A stretch of DNA of 42,307 nt. Origin: a virus. Taxonomy: Duplodnaviria; Heunggongvirae; Uroviricota; Caudoviricetes. Below, in pieces: positions 28,092-36,562 of this stretch; the stretch's first letter is position 1, and each line of letters opens with the position of its first letter. The notes under the pieces are model-generated. The model was given only the letters and a program-made list of their open reading frames with translations, was not told where the DNA came from and ran no database searches. Where the stretch lies: the IMG/VR virus record IMGVR_UViG_2541047692_000013; one strand, 5' to 3'. The position numbers were made by a program, and so were the translations under genes.

Positions 28092-28134
28092 ATCCTCACC
28101 AGAGGATATCTCCGTCATTATCCCCGCTAACGGA

Positions 28135-29610
28135 TTAAGCATAGGGATCGTAATCTGTAATGGCCTTGCCTTGCTGGTTCTGCTGCCCGGGAATTCGCAG
28201 ACGCTTAGACACAGGGAACGCAAACGTCAGCAGTAGCGCATCGCCTTTACCCGGCGAACGCCCAAGCCGCTCCTTGATATCTTCCTTCGGTTCGATAACG
28301 ATTTTACCGTCCACTCGAACTTTGTACTCTGCCGCCGACAGGTCGTCCGCTGTTTCCTGGTCATCCAGCATGCCGCCCAGCCTCAGCCATGTCTTGCATG
28401 AGTTGAACATCTCCCCACGCTTGTTGAGCATCTGCGGGTCAGTAGACGCGCCACCGAACGGAACAAGTTGCCATGTGCGCCCCCAACCGTCACCGATTGA
28501 CTTCAGCCCGGTACCGTAACCGAAGTCGATGAACACCGCGTCAGCCTGATACTGGTCTTCAAAGTCAGCGATACGCTTCGCCATAATCAGATCGTCAGTG
28601 GTCTTGTTGCCGGTCCACAGCACCTTACTATGCAGCCCCTGCCGCAGGTATATCACAGCGTCATCAACGCCGGAGTATGCCGGGTCAACGCCGATTATCA
28701 CCGGAGCATGTGCAACCTGCGCAGCGGTTACCACCCGTTTCATTGCCTCGTCAGTAAGTCCGGTAGGGATAAACTGCAATTCAGATGCATCCGGGAATAT
28801 GCCGCGCACACGGATTTTAACGAAGTCGCTGTCTTCCCCGTAGTCATCAACCCATTTCTGCAACTGCTGTTTGTTAGTGCCTTCCACCGTCCGGCTGTCA
28901 ATCTGCGCAGTTTTCCAGCGGTGTTTATATTTGCGGAAACATTCGCGGAAACGCCCGGTGTTACGTGTAGGGTTTCCGAACGCCACCCAGATAATCTCAG
29001 TGTCTTCGTCCGTAAGCGCACCCTCAGCAACTTCCCACACCAGATCCGCAATGTTCGACGCTTCATCAAATACCACGATGATGCGTTTACGCTCGTTGTG
29101 TAGTCCGGCGAATGCCTCAGTGTTGTGCTCAGACCAAGGGATTGCGTCAGCTCGCCACCGCTTGTCGTGCCCAGGATCATTGCTGTACATCGCGGTAGCG
29201 GTACAGGTAAACCAGTCTTTCGTGATAGCAAGGTTCGACCACTTGATAATTTCCGGCCAGGTCTTCGTTCGTAGCTGGTTGTCGGTGTTGGCGGTCACCA
29301 CAACCTTACAATCCTCGCAAGTGGACATGCCCCAGTTGATCAGCATTGAGATGAATGCGGATTTACCAATACCGTGACCAGAAGCACGTGCCAGCATAAG
29401 CGGCTGATATCGCGTCTCTGGATTCTGCAGGTGATCACGTATCTCTCGGAACGCATCAGCCTGCCATTGACGTGGGCCGGTAGCATGTGCCAGTTCAGTC
29501 CCCTCTTCCCCCCACGGGAACGCATAGAGGGCATAACCAAGCGGATCGTGAGTAAACCCTGCAATATCCTCGATCAACTGCTCTTCAGGAGATAACACTG
29601 TATCTGTCAC
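28135..29610 (-). CDS. terminase large subunit
   Basis: 491 aa; N-terminal ATPase-like region and C-terminal nuclease-like region (GVDPAYSG); GTG start overlapping the small-subunit stop. Confidence 0.75.
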   Translation of the reverse strand: MTDTVLSPEEQLIEDIAGFTHDPLGYALYAFPWGEEGTELAHATGPRQWQADAFREIRDHLQNPETRYQPLMLARASGHGIGKSAFISMLINWGMSTCEDCKVVVTANTDNQLRTKTWPEIIKWSNLAITKDWFTCTATAMYSNDPGHDKRWRADAIPWSEHNTEAFAGLHNERKRIIVVFDEASNIADLVWEVAEGALTDEDTEIIWVAFGNPTRNTGRFRECFRKYKHRWKTAQIDSRTVEGTNKQQLQKWVDDYGEDSDFVKIRVRGIFPDASELQFIPTGLTDEAMKRVVTAAQVAHAPVIIGVDPAYSGVDDAVIYLRQGLHSKVLWTGNKTTDDLIMAKRIADFEDQYQADAVFIDFGYGTGLKSIGDGWGRTWQLVPFGGASTDPQMLNKRGEMFNSCKTWLRLGGMLDDQETADDLSAAEYKVRVDGKIVIEPKEDIKERLGRSPGKGDALLLTFAFPVSKRLRIPGQQNQQGKAITDYDPYA

Positions 29611-30200
29611 TGATTACCATCCTGACGTTCTTTGAGTCGCTTCCTGGCTGCTGCTATGCGATCAGCAATTGTCACATTCACATTAACATCCAGGCGTTCT
29701 TTGAATGCGTTGACGTCGACGTGCTTACCAATCAGTTCGAGGTTCTTCACCTTGTCAGGCCATTTAATTTTTTTGAGGATTGTCTCTATCGAATCCTCGT
29801 TCATGTTCATGATGGTCGATGACAGATCAAAGCCGCTAAGCGTAGTGCGCCAGATTTTCGGCCACTCGCGGATTGGCTTAAGGCTCCCATCGTCGTTGAG
29901 GATGTCGATCACGTCCATCTGGTCGATCTCCACCAGGCGCATGAGAACGTAATCAGCACTGACGCGCATTCGTTTGTTGCGCTCCTCCATCAACTCGGCA
30001 ATCCGTTTTTGAATGCGTTCATCGCGCATCATGACACTGGCTTTAACTGCCGCTGTATTTGGGGAGAATCCTGCATTAATCGCTGCCTGAGTCTGGTTTT
30101 CAGGCGTTTTGATGTATGACTGGCAATAAGCCTCCTGCATTGCTGTTAGTGGCTTAAATTGCGTTGATTTGCGTTTATAGGTTTTAGGTTCAGCAGGCAT
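29607..30200 (-). CDS. terminase small subunit
   Basis: Start taken as the second ATG (30198-30200; 30201-30203 also possible); the ORF-track N-terminal extension runs through the operator and is discounted; Terminase_2-like region (AINAGFSPNTAAVKASVMMRDERIQKRI). Confidence 0.65.
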   Translation of the reverse strand: MPAEPKTYKRKSTQFKPLTAMQEAYCQSYIKTPENQTQAAINAGFSPNTAAVKASVMMRDERIQKRIAELMEERNKRMRVSADYVLMRLVEIDQMDVIDILNDDGSLKPIREWPKIWRTTLSGFDLSSTIMNMNEDSIETILKKIKWPDKVKNLELIGKHVDVNAFKERLDVNVNVTIADRIAAARKRLKERQDGNQ

Positions 30201-30201
30201 C

Positions 30202-30236
30202 ATAACCACCGTGGTAATAGTTACCGTTGTGGTAAT
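30202..30236. promoter_or_regulatory. tandem operator sites at the terminase start: aTAACCaccgtGGTAAt (one mismatch) and gTTACCgttgtGGTAAt (perfect)
   Basis: Centres 18 bp apart; the first overlaps the TerS start codon and SD. Confidence 0.5.
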
Positions 30237-30243
30237 AGTACCA

Positions 30244-30272
30244 TGCAAAATAAAGCCGCCATAGTTGGCGGC
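30244..30272 (-). terminator. intrinsic terminator between the early operon and the late (terminase) operon
   Basis: Stem gccgcca/tggcggc with loop tagt, followed on the minus strand by TTTATTTT; about 45 nt upstream of the TerS start. Confidence 0.6.
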
Positions 30273-30313
30273 AGTATTCAAAACCCATCAAATTCATCAT
30301 GCATAATCTACTC

Positions 30314-30325
30314 GTGACATGTCAC
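30314..30325. repeat. perfect palindrome GTGACATGTCAC (copy 3 of 3)
   Basis: Overlaps the stop codon of 30322..30660; about 40 nt upstream (minus sense) of the terminator before TerS. Confidence 0.8.
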
Positions 30326-30660
30326 ACTATTAATTTAGTTTCATGCCAGCCTTTAGTCACCCAGCATTGCGAGTCACCATTACACGGGCATGAATTAACG
30401 GGAACTTTCTCGCCGCACTTACCGCAACGTTTTCTGCTAATCGATTTTATACGCCCGCGCACGCGTGCATCATCCTGGCGGATCAGTAACGCTATATACT
30501 CCCCAAATTCGTAAGGCGCACGCCCGGGGCGACGCGTGGCACAGTTACGCTCCAGCATTTCAATTTCCTGAGCATCAAGCACAATCTCCAGCTTACGCAC
30601 ACCAGATGCAGCTTGTCTGGCTCTCTGAGCGGCTTTGCGCTCTGCTGCTGATTTAGCCAT
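30322..30660 (-). CDS. small basic protein with C-terminal Cys-rich zinc-ribbon-like motif; candidate late-gene regulator (speculative)
   Basis: 112 aa; Arg/Lys/Ala-rich N-terminus, C-terminal CGKCGEKVPVNSCPCNGDSQC; last gene of the early operon directly before the terminator and late operon. Confidence 0.45.
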   Translation of the reverse strand: MAKSAAERKAAQRARQAASGVRKLEIVLDAQEIEMLERNCATRRPGRAPYEFGEYIALLIRQDDARVRGRIKSISRKRCGKCGEKVPVNSCPCNGDSQCWVTKGWHETKLIV

Positions 30661-31036
30661 TCTGATTTTCCTGCATCATGAGAAAGACAATCATGGCGGC
30701 ACGGAGTGGATTGTCATATGCGACACCAACATTCGGTCCGGCATCATCAAACAAGTCCCTTGCGTTGTCTGTAGCGCACGGCATTGATGGATTGTCTAAA
30801 ATTATGCTGATGTTGTTTTCAGTGATAATCGGCCATGCGTCTGCTGGGTTTGCGCATGGGTTAAAGGAACCGCGCTCAACTTCTACTTCAACTGCGTCTC
30901 CGTTTACAATGTCTCCCTCAAATGAGACAAACACCATATCGCCATTCTCACCTTCTTTGTAATCCGGTGATCCGTTATGAATGGCTTCGAATACCGCCAC
31001 GTTAATTTCAAAATCACTTAACTGTGAATAGTCCAT
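30653..31036 (-). CDS. hypothetical early protein
   Basis: Start reassigned to ATG 31034-31036 (MDYSQLSDFEIN...) with strong SD aggaggtg and ATGA overlap with the upstream stop. Confidence 0.5.
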   Translation of the reverse strand: MDYSQLSDFEINVAVFEAIHNGSPDYKEGENGDMVFVSFEGDIVNGDAVEVEVERGSFNPCANPADAWPIITENNISIILDNPSMPCATDNARDLFDDAGPNVGVAYDNPLRAAMIVFLMMQENQNG

Positions 31037-31917
31037 CACTTCACCTCCTGCGGCGGTTCTGGTAGCGGCATCCAGTACAAGGCGTTCCCTAACCACGATA
31101 AAGTGCCGTCGCTCAACTCCACGTATTCCCCTTGTACCTGTCCTGCCATATACTCGCCGTGCTTTGAATAAATTAAAATCCAATCATCTTGAGCGGGCAT
31201 TCGCTCACTACAGCTTATCCAACCATCCGGAGTTACCGGATAGTTGCGCATTGCGACCTTTAATGCCTCATAGAAGCAACCTTTCAGATTGTTGAACTGA
31301 CGCCCATTTAGCGGGACGTGTTCAGTCAGCATGTTGTGTAATTTCCATGCCGCGTCGTTTACTTCGTTGGATGACAGGGGAGGCAACTTGTAAGTTTGGC
31401 TTACAGGTTCGGCACCATGAAGCATGGCGTCGCTCCGCTCTATGCCATCCAGCGCGATTCGCAGTGCCTGAATTGTGGTAATGCTATCGTTTGGGGCTAT
31501 TCCATATCGCTCGAATACAGCGATATGACCGCGCATAATCTCAGGCGTAAGCTCTTTGTAAGCATAAGCAAGCGACCCTGATGCATCATCCGGCACAACC
31601 GACGCAGGCGCGGCAGCATAAACAGGAATAACGTCCGCTTGCTCTTTATTGCTTTCATCCGTTAAAGCCCAGAATAATTTCCCGGCCGGATGTTTGAAAA
31701 TATAAGCAACTGGTTCTGCTTCCAGCGATGCCAGCACGATACGCGCCAGCTCACGCACAACTTCCGGCGGCGCGTAACGGTCATTCAGGTCATCCCACAG
31801 GCGTAGCATGTTATCGCTACCAGGGTGAACATCCTCGTTAGTTCCGGCCAGCGCACTAATAACCTCATCGGCTGCTTCAATAATTTTCTGTGCCTGTTCT
31901 CTGGTAATAGTGGTCAT
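31036..31917 (-). CDS. hypothetical early protein (possible DUF551-type C-terminal domain)
   Basis: 293 aa; C-terminal W-rich segment (DGWISCSERMP...WMPLPEPP) resembles DUF551 found in enterobacterial prophage early regions. Confidence 0.45.
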   Translation of the reverse strand: MTTITREQAQKIIEAADEVISALAGTNEDVHPGSDNMLRLWDDLNDRYAPPEVVRELARIVLASLEAEPVAYIFKHPAGKLFWALTDESNKEQADVIPVYAAAPASVVPDDASGSLAYAYKELTPEIMRGHIAVFERYGIAPNDSITTIQALRIALDGIERSDAMLHGAEPVSQTYKLPPLSSNEVNDAAWKLHNMLTEHVPLNGRQFNNLKGCFYEALKVAMRNYPVTPDGWISCSERMPAQDDWILIYSKHGEYMAGQVQGEYVELSDGTLSWLGNALYWMPLPEPPQEVK

Positions 31918-31927
31918 TTGTTATGCC

Positions 31928-32125
31928 TCAATACACGAAATCTGTTTTAAATTCATGGTTACATTCTGGACAGCATGTTTCGTAACCTTTTATTTCTTCA
32001 CATGCCTGTTTAGCTCCAGAAAACTCCCAGAAATCAGCATCACAAAGCAGATCGAAATTGTGACCGCATTTTGGGCATTCGGTATCAAGTGACAGATTCC
32101 AGTAAGCAGTGGTGTTTTTATCCAT
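31928..32125 (-). CDS. small zinc-ribbon protein
   Basis: 65 aa with CPKCGH...CCPECNH four-Cys motif. Confidence 0.45.
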   Translation of the reverse strand: MDKNTTAYWNLSLDTECPKCGHNFDLLCDADFWEFSGAKQACEEIKGYETCCPECNHEFKTDFVY

Positions 32126-32126
32126 A

Positions 32127-32861
32127 TCAGTCTCCTTTGATGCGAATGCCAGCGTCAGACATCATATGCAGATACTCAACTGCATCCTGAACCCATTGAC
32201 CGCCAATCCCGTAATAGCGATGCGTAATGATGTCGATAGTTACTAACGGGTCTTGTTCGATTAACTTCCGCAGAAACTCTTCCAGGTCACCAGTGCAGTG
32301 CTTGATGACAGGAGTTTTCCCAGGATGGCGAACAACAAGAAACTGATTTCCGACTTCACGGACTTCGTTGCTTTCCAGTTCAGCAATGCGCTTCTCTGCG
32401 GCTTCCAGGTTCTCGCGCATATCGTCAACGTACTCGACCAGAGATCCGCCAGCAGGAATTTCGCATTCCTCGACCAGTTGGAAGTAGATATCAGCTGCGG
32501 CCCGTGTGTTGCTGTACCTAGCGTCGCCCATCTCACCTTCACGAAGAGCATCGCGTTCGGCGGTAAGATTGGCTATTTTGCTGTCTTTGCCTTCCAGCTC
32601 ATCCAGCAGCGCCAAGACGGTAGCCGGATTGGCTGCGGCGATGAATTCAGCATTGGCCTGCTGTTCCATTTGGAAATCTTCATCGAAACCGCTTTCTGGA
32701 TGCGCTCCTTCAATTCTGCAAATAGGAATATATCCAGCAACTTCACGATGAATTAGTGCATCATCACCATCAAATCGGCCCTTTCCATATTCGAGCGACC
32801 ACTCACCACACGTTGCTTTCTCTGCCGCCTCACGCAGTGCCCGGTAATTAATTTCGCTCAC
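32127..32861 (-). CDS. hypothetical early protein (Ea22-like acidic coiled-coil protein)
   Basis: Start reassigned to GTG at 32859-32861 (VSEINYRAL...) with SD aggagg 7 nt upstream; acidic coiled-coil centre. Confidence 0.45.
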   Translation of the reverse strand: MSEINYRALREAAEKATCGEWSLEYGKGRFDGDDALIHREVAGYIPICRIEGAHPESGFDEDFQMEQQANAEFIAAANPATVLALLDELEGKDSKIANLTAERDALREGEMGDARYSNTRAAADIYFQLVEECEIPAGGSLVEYVDDMRENLEAAEKRIAELESNEVREVGNQFLVVRHPGKTPVIKHCTGDLEEFLRKLIEQDPLVTIDIITHRYYGIGGQWVQDAVEYLHMMSDAGIRIKGD

Positions 32862-33177
32862 TGGTTGCCTCCTGTTTGAATCTGCGCACGGAAAGAATTG
32901 GGCATTTTGTAATCCCGCCCTCTTTCTCCCATCGGAGGAGCGGAAATCGATATGCTTCAAAATTAAGCCCCGCAGAGCGATCGCTTTGGAAGCATTTCTT
33001 ACCTACCACCCAAACGTTTTCGAATCGACGCTCAATACGAACTGCCGTCCTCCATCCGAATGGTGCGCCTGCATTAACGGCTGCATTTTTTGTCGGAAAA
33101 GTTGGCACGGATGACACAATTTCATCAACACGCACGCTTAGGTGGCAATCGTCGATATAACTAATTGAAGCTCTCAT
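32848..33177 (-). CDS. hypothetical early protein
   Basis: ATG at 33175-33177 with SD aaggag, overlapping the upstream stop; fills an otherwise gene-free 300 nt. Confidence 0.4.
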   Translation of the reverse strand: MRASISYIDDCHLSVRVDEIVSSVPTFPTKNAAVNAGAPFGWRTAVRIERRFENVWVVGKKCFQSDRSAGLNFEAYRFPLLRWEKEGGITKCPILSVRRFKQEATSERN

Positions 33178-33734
33178 GACTGAACTCCTTTGCGAATCTG
33201 TTCCGCCCATTCTTCAAGGGATTTCTCCGCATATTCACCAGACAGGCCATCAATCGGATGCGGTTCATTAGCCAACTCTTCTTTCGCTGACAAAATCATG
33301 CGTGTAACGTCGAAAACTTCACGCAAAGACTTATTGATAAATCCGTGATTGAACGCAGCAGCAAGACGGCTTGCGGTGTAGTTAATCCCCTCGTTGCGTG
33401 CCTCCGCACGTATTTCAGCCAGGAAAGCATCGGTGGCTGTGGTTTTGTTGTCGCACATGAACTCAAGCGCGTCGTTCCCATCAAGATTGCAGAACTCCCA
33501 TGCTGACGAATAGAACTCGATGCCAGGCCAGACCAAGAGTCTATTCATTTTGTCATTTAGTGTCGCATTCTCCGCCGCCAGCGCATTAGCACGCACCAGT
33601 TGCACTTCCAGTTGCGTTGCCAAATAGCTGATCAGCTTTGCCACACTGCGCATATCAACGGCACCACATTCTGCTTTCAGTTCCGAAGCCATCTCATGCC
33701 CGGCGGTAACTAACCCTTTGATATTACTTTCCAT
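33174..33734 (-). CDS. hypothetical early protein
   Basis: 186 aa; ATG 33732-33734 with SD gaggg; co-directional in early operon. Confidence 0.5.
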   Translation of the reverse strand: MESNIKGLVTAGHEMASELKAECGAVDMRSVAKLISYLATQLEVQLVRANALAAENATLNDKMNRLLVWPGIEFYSSAWEFCNLDGNDALEFMCDNKTTATDAFLAEIRAEARNEGINYTASRLAAAFNHGFINKSLREVFDVTRMILSAKEELANEPHPIDGLSGEYAEKSLEEWAEQIRKGVQS

Positions 33735-33795
33735 CTTTACCCTCGCTTATCCACATAACTTATTGATTACATTGATAACTAAAAAGATCGTCGAT

Positions 33796-34140
33796 TCAGA
33801 ACTCTTCGATATTCCAGCCACCACCTGCTTTCTTTGGTTTAACCGTTACCCCGATGATTCGGAACGGATACTGATCTGCGGCGACTTTGGTTTTCACCCT
33901 GGCGTCGTCGGTCCAGAAACCTTTCACTTCGTGCAGTTCCATCTCTCCGGTGGCGAGCATCACAGCGAAATCTGGCGTATAGAACGTGTTATCAGCTAAC
34001 CGCAGCTTGATACCCTCGAATCGATACCAGGCGATTTCCCCTGCACGTTTACGCAGCTCAAGGTGCTGGCAATACGCAGATTCTGTTTTGTTCATCTGGC
34101 CTGTTTTGAGTCGACCAAGAGCCTGTATCTGTTTTCTCAT
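33796..34140 (-). CDS. DUF1064-like phage protein (putative nuclease-fold)
   Basis: 114 aa; motif ESAYCQHLELRKRAGEI...YRFE...YTPDF...EVKG typical of DUF1064; operator overlaps its SD. Confidence 0.5.
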   Translation of the reverse strand: MRKQIQALGRLKTGQMNKTESAYCQHLELRKRAGEIAWYRFEGIKLRLADNTFYTPDFAVMLATGEMELHEVKGFWTDDARVKTKVAADQYPFRIIGVTVKPKKAGGGWNIEEF

Positions 34141-34142
34141 GA

Positions 34143-34221
34143 TTTACCCCTGAGGTAATTAAAAACCACATAAGACACGAAATCAATAGAGTTTAGAATA
34201 TTTTATTACCCAACAGGTAAT
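34143..34221. promoter_or_regulatory. internal early-operon control region: two perfect operators (TTACCcctgaGGTAA 34144-34158; TTACCcaacaGGTAA 34206-34220) flanking a promoter-like interval
   Basis: Centres 62 bp apart; first site is 3 bp from the start codon of 33796..34140; a weak hairpin plus T7 run (34231-34252, minus sense) lies just upstream. Confidence 0.5.
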
Positions 34222-34257
34222 TATCAAGACGTAAAAAAATGCGCTATCGCGCTGGTA

Positions 34258-35034
34258 TTACTTGATAAATCCTGCCGCCTTTCCCCGCCTGTATTCCTCC
34301 ATCAGCCACTGCGCCGGTGTTATTCCCCCCAGGGTGGCGGCGTTAGGCATACACCCGAAACTTCGCCCTGGTGGATGGTAAACGTCTCTCCCTGTGTCCG
34401 GAGGTGTACTCATGGGTTCTGGCTTTGCCTGTATGCTGATCACCGGATCGGGTATCTGCTGTCCGGAAGCCACCTTTTTCGCCCAATCATCGAGCAGCCT
34501 GCGCGCGTGTTTCTCAACCTCAATCTCGCTAAGCTGGCGCTGATACATTGCACGGCGGGTATCACATACGACCCAGTACATAACCGGATGTCGCCACGGG
34601 AATCTTTCGGGACCACCAGGATATAAACTTTTTTCCTTGCTGTACCGGTGAAACTCCGCCATCACATCGTCAATGGTGACGCCAAGAACCATCTTGCTGT
34701 CTTTGCACCACTTGATGAATTGCCCAGGCGACGGCCAGAACGGAGATTCACTGGCGCGGGCGTGGCGCATACCAGCGTTAACCTGTTCCATTGTTGTGAT
34801 CCCATTCTCCAGAAACGCAAGCATCCATTGCTTACGGAATTCATTAAGTTTGTTCTGCTCCCTTATGGTCGAAACGCTTGCAGGAAATGCAGCCTGTAAC
34901 TGGACAAATAGTTCATTGAAAATTCTAGCAACCTGCTCCTTTTTGCCATTGCTGTCACGCCGCTCTTCATGCACAGCAACACCATGCTCACGTAAGCGAT
35001 CGTACTCATTGAGAAGTTCTGGAGTTGATTTCAT
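34258..35034 (-). CDS. replication protein, lambda P-like helicase loader
   Basis: Strong motif match to lambda P: FPAS...EQNKLNEFRKQWMLAFLENGITTMEQVNAGMRHAR...PFWPSPGQFIKWC. Confidence 0.75.
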   Translation of the reverse strand: MKSTPELLNEYDRLREHGVAVHEERRDSNGKKEQVARIFNELFVQLQAAFPASVSTIREQNKLNEFRKQWMLAFLENGITTMEQVNAGMRHARASESPFWPSPGQFIKWCKDSKMVLGVTIDDVMAEFHRYSKEKSLYPGGPERFPWRHPVMYWVVCDTRRAMYQRQLSEIEVEKHARRLLDDWAKKVASGQQIPDPVISIQAKPEPMSTPPDTGRDVYHPPGRSFGCMPNAATLGGITPAQWLMEEYRRGKAAGFIK

Positions 35035-35836
35035 CCCACACCCCTTCTATCCAGTCAGTGTTATTCCAGTCAAGCTCATCGCTTTTCCCGGCGTTTTTTG
35101 ATTTTCCCCTGATATGATTTACGTGCCTGGCGAATTTTTGTTCCCACTGAACCTGCGTGAACACTTTGCCCTCAGCCATCCAGTAATCCCGGAATGCAGC
35201 AAGTTCAGCAGGTGTAAATTCCGGTTCCGGCAGGGCCGTTCCCCACAGCGCAGCACGCCGTCGAAAATCCGGCGACGGATGCCAGCCATCGGTCATCGGA
35301 AATTTCCCGATGGGTTCACTCAGGCCATCCAGAAATTCAGGTTCAGCCACCTGCAACGGCATACCGTTCGCTTCACTGGTCGGAGCACCCTCGCGCACGT
35401 GCGCTATGTGTGGGGTTTTATATATATCTTCCTCTTCCTCTTCCTCTGGTAACTCCTTTTGTAACGCTGTTGGCGTTACTTTTTGCGTTACTCGTTTTCG
35501 ATGCTCTGCCACTCTTCTATTCGTAAGTGCACGTTTTTTCGATGATTCTCCATTATGTCGCTCAAAGTTTGGAAGAATTAGTTTGCCGTCATGATAAGCA
35601 AGCCATCCGACGCTAATGAGGGCGTCAGCAAATCCTGTAATAAAAGCGAGTCTATCAAGTACTCCTTTTGTAACGCTGCCAGCGTTACCGTCTATTGTTT
35701 GCTGGTCAGCCCATGCCCATATACGAACCAGCTTTCCAAGAACAGCATCTGGATCAATACCCAGAATTTCTGCTATCTGAAAAATTTCAGGTTTATCAGG
35801 AGTGATAACTTCAACCTTAATCCAGCTGCTTGCCAT
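35006..35836 (-). CDS. replication initiator / replisome organiser (functional analogue of lambda O)
   Basis: Start reassigned to ATG 35834-35836 (MASSWIKVEV...) with SD gagggg; acidic linker (EEEEEED); directly upstream of P-like gene; contains iteron-like repeats. Confidence 0.55.
   Translation of the reverse strand: MASSWIKVEVITPDKPEIFQIAEILGIDPDAVLGKLVRIWAWADQQTIDGNAGSVTKGVLDRLAFITGFADALISVGWLAYHDGKLILPNFERHNGESSKKRALTNRRVAEHRKRVTQKVTPTALQKELPEEEEEEDIYKTPHIAHVREGAPTSEANGMPLQVAEPEFLDGLSEPIGKFPMTDGWHPSPDFRRRAALWGTALPEPEFTPAELAAFRDYWMAEGKVFTQVQWEQKFARHVNHIRGKSKNAGKSDELDWNNTDWIEGVWDEINSRTSQ
35452..35687. repeat. iteron-like repeats plus AT-rich tract inside the initiator gene (candidate replication origin)
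   Basis: 17-nt direct repeat CTCCTTTTGTAACGCTG at 35452-35468 and 35661-35677, each followed by inverted half-site GCGTTAC (35472-35478, 35484-35490, 35681-35687); AT tract ttttatatatat at 35416-35427. Confidence 0.45.
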
Positions 35837-36029
35837 AGGTTTCCCCTCTTGCACTCTTTAGTGCACAAGCAAATTCATTACGATGGCGGTTGGCGCTATT
35901 CATTGCACATTCAACACATGTTCCGTTCAGAACATACCTTTCAGAGAGATGGCCGTGACGGCACCGCTTTCCTGTGAAATAGCGATTTAACCCGGCTTTT
36001 GCGGCCTCCATTCTGGTTACTATCTTCAA
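35817..36029 (-). CDS. small Cys/His-rich (zinc-finger-like) early protein
   Basis: 70 aa; motif CRHGH...GTCVEC; between cro-like and replication genes (position of lambda cII); start ambiguous (TTG 36029 or ATG 36011). Confidence 0.4.
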   Translation of the reverse strand: MKIVTRMEAAKAGLNRYFTGKRCRHGHLSERYVLNGTCVECAMNSANRHRNEFACALKSARGETYGKQLD

Positions 36030-36106
36030 TTTTTCCGCCCCTTTTTGTTATTGATATTGGCTATTTTGCACAATTGGAAAATTTGATCAACCAGATTTGG
36101 TTTTTT

Positions 36107-36123
36107 ATTACCTTTGAGGTACG
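36107..36123. promoter_or_regulatory. operator-like palindrome aTTACCtttgaGGTACg (one mismatch) between cro-like and downstream early genes
   Basis: Same motif family; adjacent to a terminator-like hairpin. Confidence 0.4.
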
Positions 36124-36130
36124 AATAGAT

Positions 36131-36155
36131 ATGAAAAGACCGCCGGGTGGCGGTC
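36131..36155 (-). terminator. terminator-like hairpin downstream of the cro-like gene (tR1-like position)
   Basis: Stem gaccgcc/ggcggtc with loop gggt, followed on the minus strand by TTTTCAT. Confidence 0.4.
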
Positions 36156-36177
36156 TACAGAGGGTTGTAGCTGGATA

Positions 36178-36408
36178 TCATGAGTAGAAGAAGTATGCCA
36201 GTTCTGCTTTTGAGCGCAGCCATTGTCTTGTTTTACAGGCTTTAAAAAGCCCATTCATCAATACTTTACCTGGCATTTTGCGCTTACCTGTTAAGTGAGT
36301 CTGGATATAGTGACTCGTCGTTCCGGCTTCCTGTGCGAAGGCTTCACGCTCATCCGGAGTAAGTGCAAGCCAGTGCTTTTTGAAATCGAAATGTCCGTTA
36401 TCGCTCAT
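36178..36408 (-). CDS. Cro-like HTH regulator
   Basis: 76 aa; HTH (REAFAQEAGTTSHYIQTHLTG); divergent from the CI-like gene across the operator cluster; first gene of the leftward early operon. Confidence 0.6.
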   Translation of the reverse strand: MSDNGHFDFKKHWLALTPDEREAFAQEAGTTSHYIQTHLTGKRKMPGKVLMNGLFKACKTRQWLRSKAELAYFFYS

Positions 36409-36443
36409 AGCTATTGCCTGATATTTATTTCAGATAATAAATA

Positions 36444-36508
36444 TTCACCCATAAGGTAACAAAAATCAAGGATAGTTACCCATGAGGTGCATTTACCTGT
36501 TGGGTAAT
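36444..36508. promoter_or_regulatory. tripartite operator in the cro / cI-like intergenic region
   Basis: Three sites: TCACCcataaGGTAA (36445-36459), TTACCcatgaGGTGC (36476-36490), TTACCtgttgGGTAA (36493-36507); a minus-strand TTGATT -35-like hexamer lies among them. Confidence 0.6.
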
Positions 36509-36562
36509 ATTGCTTTAAATTGAATCATCTACTGATTCATATATGAGGCGATTTTCCAGAAA

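Noticed and set aside
29607-30281. Long N-terminal extension of the terminase small subunit ORF
   Set aside because: The extension covers the operator repeats and reaches the upstream terminator; the Thr/Val-rich translation is the protein image of the GGTAATAG repeats, not a real domain.
35999-36187. 62-aa plus-strand ORF between the cro-like gene and the zinc-finger gene
   Set aside because: TTG start, overlaps the terminator hairpin and an operator-like site, and is antisense to the leftward early operon.
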